64,000 nt of DNA from a virus: the IMG/VR virus record IMGVR_UViG_3300014501_000001, positions 49,097-113,096 of that record. One strand, written 5' to 3'. Every line of letters starts with the position of its first letter. Position 1 is the stretch's first letter. Below the pieces are notes generated by a model that saw nothing but the letters and a program-made list of their open reading frames with translations, did no database searches and was not told where the DNA came from. Below are positions 58,113 to 64,000 of this stretch, in pieces. The position numbers and the translations under genes are program-made.

Positions 58113-60217
58113 TGCCAGCCCTCTTCGTTGAGGCGGGCGAGATGGGACCGGACGTGCGCTACGTACTTTTCAGCGTCTTCCGAGGTGGTGATTTCCGCAG
58201 TCGAGTCAACGCTGAACGCGAGGTTGATCTCATGTGTCAGCCGCTGCCGAGTCCGCCTGTAACGGGAGTCCTTGGGATCCCATCCGTGCTGGCGCAGGAA
58301 TCCGCCGATAATCTTTGAGGCTTCGCCCTTGACCTGGGCGGTCGCCTGCTTGTCTGTCATCGAAGGCCCAGGGCTCATGCTCGGGCGGTCCCGGCCTGCG
58401 GGCGGCGCACCCGAGGTCTCCGAGGACGGGCGCATGCCCTTGGCCTCCCAGTAAGCGCGGAAGTCGGCCGGCGTCACCAGTGGCCCGAACTCGTCTAGGT
58501 CCGCCTCCCACAGCGCGTATTCGTCGGCGCCGATATCCTCGTCATTCGTAGCGCCGCGAACATCTGTCGCCCAGGCGTCTTCCATCTCGGCAGCGGTCCC
58601 GTCTGGTGCTTCCCCGCCATCGCCATCACGCTGGCTAAGACCCCTGGCCTGCTCGTTCCGCAGGTAGACGATGAAGCGTTGCATCGCCTGGTCATCGGGC
58701 ACGATCAGGTGCAGGCACTGCTTGTTGAACGGGCCGCCTTCCTTCCACACCCGGCCGCCGCGGAAGACGAGCTGAGTAAGGTGGCCGAGATCCCTGTAGT
58801 TGGTCAGGACGCCAACGACCGTGATCTCAGGGCAGTCGTAGCCAATGAATGCCATCCGGACTGATACGAGGATGTCGTACGGATTGCTCTTGAAATCTTC
58901 AAGCGCGGTTAGCGCTGCACCCCCATCCACCGAGACGGCCTTGGCTATCTTAAGTTCCGGGTACTTACGGGAGAGATAGTCAACGACCTGGCGCACATCG
59001 CTTATGCCGATGCACGCGATGAGCGCGCGATGTTCCTTCTTGACGCGCTTGGCAGCGCGGAGTCGTCTGACGGTGAGGTCGCACAGCGGCTTCCAGACGG
59101 CCGGGTCGCGCAGGACCGAAGCCAGCGCGGCCCGCTCACCGGGTGGCTGAGAGCTGGCCATGCTGAGGTCGTACTCGACGCCGCTCTTGAGCCGTATGCC
59201 AGCATCAAGGATTGCCGCATCGAACTGCCGGAGGTATCCGAACGTGATGCCGTCGCTGTAACTGGCGGTGACATCCGGCTGAAGATGGAGCCGGTCGCGC
59301 GGGCCAGCCTTGTAGCGGTCGTCGCACAATACGAGCTGGCGCCCGTCGGAGCGCTCGGCTGTTCCCGTGAGCAGCAAGACGTGAGCGGCGTGCTCGGCTA
59401 TCTGCTCAATGAACTTGCCCGCAGCGGGAGCGCCCGCGTCCTCTTCGTCGTCCTGAGCGCCGCAGTACTGCGCCTCATCGGCGATCAGCAGGAACTCCCC
59501 CGCGTGCTGTCTCGCCCATCGCAGGTGGAGCTGGCCGCCATCCTGCGCCGTCCTCGTGAAGTCGCTCACGCCAGACTGGTAAGTGGAAACAAGCCCGATG
59601 CGAGTTTCGCCGGGCGGTAGTAGCGGCTCCTGGTTTGGCCGGTGATAAAGCCACTCAAGACGGCATGCCGTGTCAAAGAGCCTGAAGCTGCCAAGCTCGG
59701 CCGCCTTGCCCGTCGATGGATCCGTGACCTTGCGGCCTTTGTCATCGCGCAGGTAGGTGCGGTATGTCATCTCGGCCTGCCGCGCGAGGGTGACGCGGGG
59801 CACGTAGATCAGCACGTACTTGACGCCCGGCAGAGTCCTCGACTCAAGGCGCATGAGCGCCGTGGCAACTGCCTGGTAGCCGATGGTCTTGCCAGAGCCG
59901 CACCAGACCAGCCCGACAGTCACCTTCTCGCGAGCCGTGTAGCGGTTGACTACGGCCTTGATCAGCTCACCCTGGAACGGGCGCACGTCGGGGTCAAAGC
60001 CGTCCTGATATTCCATCGACATTCCCTTTCTCAGATTGCATGCCGGACACAAGGGGCGCCCGTTATCCCTCTCTGTCTGACCACCGCGCACCCATGGCAC
60101 GAAGTGGTCGGCGTGCCAGCCGTCGCCTAGCTGCACTCCGCACTCCGCGCAGCGCCCGTGCCACGCGGCGTACATCGCGTTCTTCTCGCGTCGGCTGAAC
60201 CGGCGCCGTTCGGTCAC
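58109..60217 (-). CDS. HNH nuclease-SF2 helicase (ResIII-like) fusion
   Basis: CAEC...ADHFVPWVRGG...N...LCPACN; GSGKT; DEAQ; TGT; GYDCPEI; QLVFRGGR. Confidence 0.88.
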   Translation of the reverse strand: MTERRRFSRREKNAMYAAWHGRCAECGVQLGDGWHADHFVPWVRGGQTERDNGRPLCPACNLRKGMSMEYQDGFDPDVRPFQGELIKAVVNRYTAREKVTVGLVWCGSGKTIGYQAVATALMRLESRTLPGVKYVLIYVPRVTLARQAEMTYRTYLRDDKGRKVTDPSTGKAAELGSFRLFDTACRLEWLYHRPNQEPLLPPGETRIGLVSTYQSGVSDFTRTAQDGGQLHLRWARQHAGEFLLIADEAQYCGAQDDEEDAGAPAAGKFIEQIAEHAAHVLLLTGTAERSDGRQLVLCDDRYKAGPRDRLHLQPDVTASYSDGITFGYLRQFDAAILDAGIRLKSGVEYDLSMASSQPPGERAALASVLRDPAVWKPLCDLTVRRLRAAKRVKKEHRALIACIGISDVRQVVDYLSRKYPELKIAKAVSVDGGAALTALEDFKSNPYDILVSVRMAFIGYDCPEITVVGVLTNYRDLGHLTQLVFRGGRVWKEGGPFNKQCLHLIVPDDQAMQRFIVYLRNEQARGLSQRDGDGGEAPDGTAAEMEDAWATDVRGATNDEDIGADEYALWEADLDEFGPLVTPADFRAYWEAKGMRPSSETSGAPPAGRDRPSMSPGPSMTDKQATAQVKGEASKIIGGFLRQHGWDPKDSRYRRTRQRLTHEINLAFSVDSTAEITTSEDAEKYVAHVRSHLARLNEEGWQ

Positions 60218-60392
60218 CCAGGTCCCTCCCGTCCAGCGTGAAACTCACTGCTACTATATATCCGCGTAGGTTAGGACCATAGCAGGTGTTGAGGTATGCT
60301 TGTAAACACCATCCGGTCAGCCGGGTGTAACGGGGCACGGGTGCTGTTACGCTCTGCGGCATTCGTGCGATAGTGGAGGTGTGGACGACGCC

Positions 60393-60629
60393 ATGACAGA
60401 CGTACTGGAAGCCCGGCAGGCGTTCGATGACGCCCGGCAGGAGGCAGCGGCGATGGTCGCCCGTAAGCGAGCCCTCCTCGGGCTGGCCATGATCCGTGCC
60501 CGCGAGAACGGTCGCGAGTCGCAGATGACGATCGCCCGCAAGATGAAGATCGGCCCGCAGCAGGTCCGCGCCTACGAGCAGGCATACCGGGACTGGGCCG
60601 CGAAGCACGAGGGTGAGCAGCTCGGCTGA
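60393..60629 (+). CDS. Small HTH protein, divergent from the helicase gene
   Basis: SQMTIARKMKIGPQQVRAY. Confidence 0.7.
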   Translation: MTDVLEARQAFDDARQEAAAMVARKRALLGLAMIRARENGRESQMTIARKMKIGPQQVRAYEQAYRDWAAKHEGEQLG

Positions 60630-60635
60630 TCCCGC

Positions 60636-61004
60636 TCACCGTTCAAACCGCCGCGCCGCGCTCTTTGCCCTCGGTGCCTCTTCCCTCAGCCCCAGCATCT
60701 CCAGCAGTTCCCGCATGACCCCCAGGTCGCCCTTGTGCGCCCGCTTACGGCACCGCAGTCCCGTGCACCCGTGACGGCGCACCATCCCGTAGTCCGCTAC
60801 CCACCGGGATGCACCGAGGGCTATGGCGGCTTCCTGGCGCTCAGCCTCGGCCTTCTGCGCCGGCGTCCGGGCAGGCATCTGCGGGATATGCAGAACCGAG
60901 TCGTCGTTCCCGAAGCTGCTGATGACGACGGGTGGCCTGCCTGCTGACACGGCCTGCGCGATGTGCATGTCGCCTACATGCTCCGAGGCTCCCCGGCGGC
61001 TCAC
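60636..61004 (-). CDS. Hypothetical protein
   Basis: Overlaps the RusA-like gene; RELLEMLGL motif. Confidence 0.6.
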   Translation of the reverse strand: MSRRGASEHVGDMHIAQAVSAGRPPVVISSFGNDDSVLHIPQMPARTPAQKAEAERQEAAIALGASRWVADYGMVRRHGCTGLRCRKRAHKGDLGVMRELLEMLGLREEAPRAKSAARRFER

Positions 61005-61405
61005 GGCGGATCACCCGGTACCTCGGTTATGGTCACTCGCAGCAATCCGCGGGGATGCGTCTCGTCGGCCAGCCGGTAAGTGACCTGCCGGACGCACCGC
61101 TTCGTGTCCGTGGGGAACACCCCGCATTTCACGAGGCCATCGACCAGCGCCTTTCCGGTCGGCGCCATATTGTCGGCGTCGGTGATCACGCCCGACGCGA
61201 AGGGGTGCCGGTCCCGCTTCAATCGCGGCGGCGAGAGGTATTCCACGGTGACATCGGAGCGGCCGAGTGGCGGAATCCCTCGCGCAATGGCTGCGACCTT
61301 TGCCTTGATGTCCTGCGTGAGGTCGTTCCGGGCGTACCTGTTGAGCCGGTTGTTAGCGGAGATCAGCGCAGTCCCCGGCGGCATCTCCAGCGTGAATGTC
61401 CTCAT
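61001..61405 (-). CDS. RusA-like Holliday junction resolvase
   Basis: ISANNR...DADNMAPTGKALVDGLVKCGVFPTD. Confidence 0.8.
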   Translation of the reverse strand: MRTFTLEMPPGTALISANNRLNRYARNDLTQDIKAKVAAIARGIPPLGRSDVTVEYLSPPRLKRDRHPFASGVITDADNMAPTGKALVDGLVKCGVFPTDTKRCVRQVTYRLADETHPRGLLRVTITEVPGDPP

Positions 61406-61452
61406 CCCTTCTCCGGGGGACATCTGCCCGGGTGCCCGGGGGGAGGGGGAAG

Positions 61453-62370
61453 TCACGCGCTTACCGTTTCGGCAGCGGCAGCGGGAAACTCGCGGATGCG
61501 CAGGTCGGCCGGCCATGCGTCCCAGTCGCCACCGTGAGAACCGGCACCAAGGGGAATGCCCGTCACGGCCCCGAGCTGCTTAACGAACGGCGTGATGCCT
61601 GCCTCGCGGCTCTGCCTCACAAGCGTGCGCGCCCAGTCGATTTCCATTGGCCTCGCGCCGGGGCCGGACTCGCCACCGATGATCAGCCAGTCGGGCCGGA
61701 TCAGGTCCGGGCACGGGCTGGAGCAGAATCCGCCGGGGAAGTCGTGAGTAGGGCAGTGCCCGTGCCCTCGGTGCAGCCTGATCGGCCCTATCAGCGGCTC
61801 AGCTGAGACGAACCGGATAGCGGCTGGCGTCTGATTCAGCGCCGGGATGCGGATGTCTGCCCAGTGCTGATCCTCGGCGCTGACCCCCAGCCAGACATTG
61901 CGGAGCGGCCATGCGTAACCCCTGATGGCAGGAATGTCAGATGGCAGGCAGCAGTAGGCACGGTTCACACGGCCAGCGAAGTCTTTGCTGTTCAGCAGCG
62001 ACCGCATGCGCGCGTGGCGTTTTGTCAGCACCTGGAATGTGTGCTGCTGAGCGGCAGCCATCACCGCAAACACATCGGCAATGAAGTCCTCGGGAATGTC
62101 CTTGTGGAACAGATCCGACATGCTGTTGACGAAGATTCGGCGTGGCCGCTTCCAGCGCAGCGGCTGGTCAAGCGCATCCGGGTGGACTGCCACGCCGAAG
62201 CCGGGACCGCTGGTAAACGGGTGGCCATCAGTTTGGTACTTTGCCGATCCCATGCTCTTTAGCCGCTTGGCCAGCGTTATCGCGTAGCAGTTATCGCAGC
62301 CCGGCGAAACGCGGTCACAGCCCGTTGTGGGATTCCATGTCTCGTTAGTCCATTGTATTCCAGTGCCCAT
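61453..62370 (-). CDS. DUF5131 (Gp37Gp68) family protein
   Basis: IQWTNETWNPTTGCDRVSPGCDNCYA, FVNSMSDLFH, FQVLTKR, WLIIGGESG. Confidence 0.93.
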   Translation of the reverse strand: MGTGIQWTNETWNPTTGCDRVSPGCDNCYAITLAKRLKSMGSAKYQTDGHPFTSGPGFGVAVHPDALDQPLRWKRPRRIFVNSMSDLFHKDIPEDFIADVFAVMAAAQQHTFQVLTKRHARMRSLLNSKDFAGRVNRAYCCLPSDIPAIRGYAWPLRNVWLGVSAEDQHWADIRIPALNQTPAAIRFVSAEPLIGPIRLHRGHGHCPTHDFPGGFCSSPCPDLIRPDWLIIGGESGPGARPMEIDWARTLVRQSREAGITPFVKQLGAVTGIPLGAGSHGGDWDAWPADLRIREFPAAAAETVSA

Positions 62371-63056
62371 TACGCGACCGCCTGAAATTCCGTGAGCGCC
62401 AGGACATCCATGAGGTTTGCATTAGGAACGCGATTGGTGCGCTCTAGCCACTCAAAGACATCCGAGTCGTTCTTGCTTGAGTTGCACGAATGGCAGGCAG
62501 GAACAATATTGCCCGGCGCGGTGCGGCCTCCACGGGAGACGGGCATGACGTGATCCCATGTCGTGGCCGGGGAAGGGCAGTAGGCACAAGCACCCTCGAA
62601 CTGCTCGGTCAGGTATTCCATCCCGAGCGAATCCATCGGCTCTACGCCCCGCTTGCGTGCGTGGACACGGCTGCGGATAGCTACCGGGTTGGCCGCATAC
62701 TGTGCCCGATATTCCGCCGCGATGTGTTCGCGGCAAGCACCCTGTTCAAACGGAACCTGTTCCGATGGCAACCACGCCCGGCATCCGCGACACCACGATC
62801 GTCCTTGCGCTTTCTGTGCGCGGCGCTCTGCGGTTCCGGGCCGGGAGGGATTCTTGCGTCTCGCCGCGAGCGAGCGGCGGCACGAACTGGCGCGCCCGCT
62901 AACCCTTGATGAGTCCTTGCCGAAGTCTTCGGCATCGTGCCAGTCTTGGCACCGCCAGCAGTACAGCAGGCCCCTGTTGAGGCGGTCGATGTACTCATTG
63001 ACGCCAAGTCCGGTCCGGGTTGCAGCAGCCTTAATGCCGCCGTCACGGCTACCCAC
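62370..63056 (-). CDS. HNH endonuclease
   Basis: CAYC...TWDHVMPVSRGG...NIVPACHSCNSSK. Confidence 0.9.
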   Translation of the reverse strand: MGSRDGGIKAAATRTGLGVNEYIDRLNRGLLYCWRCQDWHDAEDFGKDSSRVSGRASSCRRSLAARRKNPSRPGTAERRAQKAQGRSWCRGCRAWLPSEQVPFEQGACREHIAAEYRAQYAANPVAIRSRVHARKRGVEPMDSLGMEYLTEQFEGACAYCPSPATTWDHVMPVSRGGRTAPGNIVPACHSCNSSKNDSDVFEWLERTNRVPNANLMDVLALTEFQAVA

Positions 63057-63104
63057 GACGCCACCAGGTGGCCTCAGTCCACTGGATTCCGGTCTTGTCG
63101 GCCA

Positions 63105-63350
63105 TTACGCTGCCTCTCTCCCCGTCGCTGCCATTGCTTCCGCGTCCGCTGTCCGTACCTCGTGAGGCGCTGATGCCATCAGTCCCGTAATAGCCCGGCA
63201 CCCTTCGCCTTCACGCGCCCCGCAAGGTGTTCTCCCGGACTCATCCCGGCAGCGGACGGTGCGGGCTGTAGCGTCGGCCTCAGCGAGCAGCAGGAGGCGG
63301 TACGTGGCTGCCCAGTCGGCGCGGGTCTGGGCTAGCAAGCCCGCGCTCAC
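63105..63350 (-). CDS. Small zinc-finger protein
   Basis: C...CGAREGEGCR...HEVR motif. Confidence 0.6.
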   Translation of the reverse strand: MSAGLLAQTRADWAATYRLLLLAEADATARTVRCRDESGRTPCGAREGEGCRAITGLMASAPHEVRTADAEAMAATGREAA

Positions 63351-63715
63351 GGTGCCTGCTCCCCGGCGCCCAGGGCGGCCCGCAACTCGTCGTCAACGAG
63401 CGCGAGCATGGTGAGCACCCCCGCATCCCCGAGCACGTCCAGGTGCCGCGTAGTCCGCGCGATCCGCCGTGCCGCCGCGAGTACGTGACCGCGTGATGAC
63501 GGCGGCAGAGCCTCAGCGGCAGGCAGGAGGGCTGCCGGCTCCACGTCGAGTCCCTTAGCTACCCGCAGCAGCGTGGAGACCTGCGGGTCCCGGCGGCTGT
63601 TCTCCCACATCCACAGGGCGCTCTGGCCGACGCCTGATCGCACGGCTACGGCACGCAGGGACAGTCCCGCGCGGGTCCTCGCCGCCCGCAGGAGTTCGCC
63701 GGTGGTCGCGGTCAC
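63347..63715 (-). CDS. XRE-family HTH regulator
   Basis: LRAARTRAGLSLRAVA...WENSRRDPQVSTLLRVAKGLDV. Confidence 0.88.
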   Translation of the reverse strand: MTATTGELLRAARTRAGLSLRAVAVRSGVGQSALWMWENSRRDPQVSTLLRVAKGLDVEPAALLPAAEALPPSSRGHVLAAARRIARTTRHLDVLGDAGVLTMLALVDDELRAALGAGEQAP

Positions 63716-64000
63716 GTCGGCTCGCCGCCGATCAGGTCAGCAAGGCGCTCGGTCAGCTGCTCCAGCCGCATCGGCCAAAGCTCCGGAGCAGTGAATACGA
63801 GGTCACTGCGGTAGCGCTCGATAAGGTCCGGGACGCCGGCGCTGATCCGTGCCCGCTCGGCTGCCCGGATGGCTGGGGCCGAGTCCGGGCATCCGTCCTC
63901 ATGCGTGATCACTCCCTCGGTAAGGGGAGCCATGCAGGCTGAGCAGCACCAGATCCCGTCCGGGTATCCGCCGCTCAGGGTGAGAAGCCAGCGTCCGGCC
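63712..64000 (-). CDS. Hypothetical protein (5' end beyond the window), partial paralogue of 45029-45358
   Basis: Shares RWLLTLSGGYPDGIWCCSACMAPLTEGVITHE.GCPDSAPAIRAAER. Confidence 0.75.
   Translation of the reverse strand, partial: AGRWLLTLSGGYPDGIWCCSACMAPLTEGVITHEDGCPDSAPAIRAAERARISAGVPDLIERYRSDLVFTAPELWPMRLEQLTERLADLIGGEPT

Noticed and set aside
45185-63993. DGR template/variable repeat pair or terminal repeat
   Set aside because: Mismatches are mostly synonymous and not adenine-specific, there is no reverse transcriptase in the window, and the copies are not identical.
1-64000. CRISPR arrays, tRNA, rRNA or IS transposases
   Set aside because: None recognised by eye; a divergent tRNA could have been missed without tRNAscan.

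Overview
The whole window is part of one high-GC temperate tailed (siphovirus-like) phage genome, probably infecting an actinomycete. No host genes are evident. The left arm (+ strand, about 1-37.7 kb) carries head fibre genes, a prohead protease/scaffold, the major capsid, a glycosylation cluster, the head-tail connector, tail genes and a lysis cassette. The centre holds a candidate intact attP, a large serine integrase and a small tyrosine recombinase. The right arm (mostly - strand) holds early genes: a CCA-adding enzyme and nucleotidyltransferase, a HIT hydrolase, a Dam-type methylase, a replication initiator with iterons, an HNH-helicase, a RusA-like protein and DUF5131. The main finding is that the major capsid gene is split by two group I introns into three exons: 7978-8676, a 60-nt micro-exon at 10025-10084 that the ORF track misses, and 10360-11415, giving a 604-aa protein. 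Intron 1 (8677-10024) carries a DUF559/EDxHD-type homing endonuclease in P8. Intron 2 (10085-10359) has no ORF. Other signals include AT-rich synonymously recoded patches in conserved virion genes, probable ATC/ATT/ATA start codons, a structured leader shared by two different HNH genes, and four +1 frame breaks that may be sequencing errors. All calls come from reading motifs by eye; no searches or folding programs were run.
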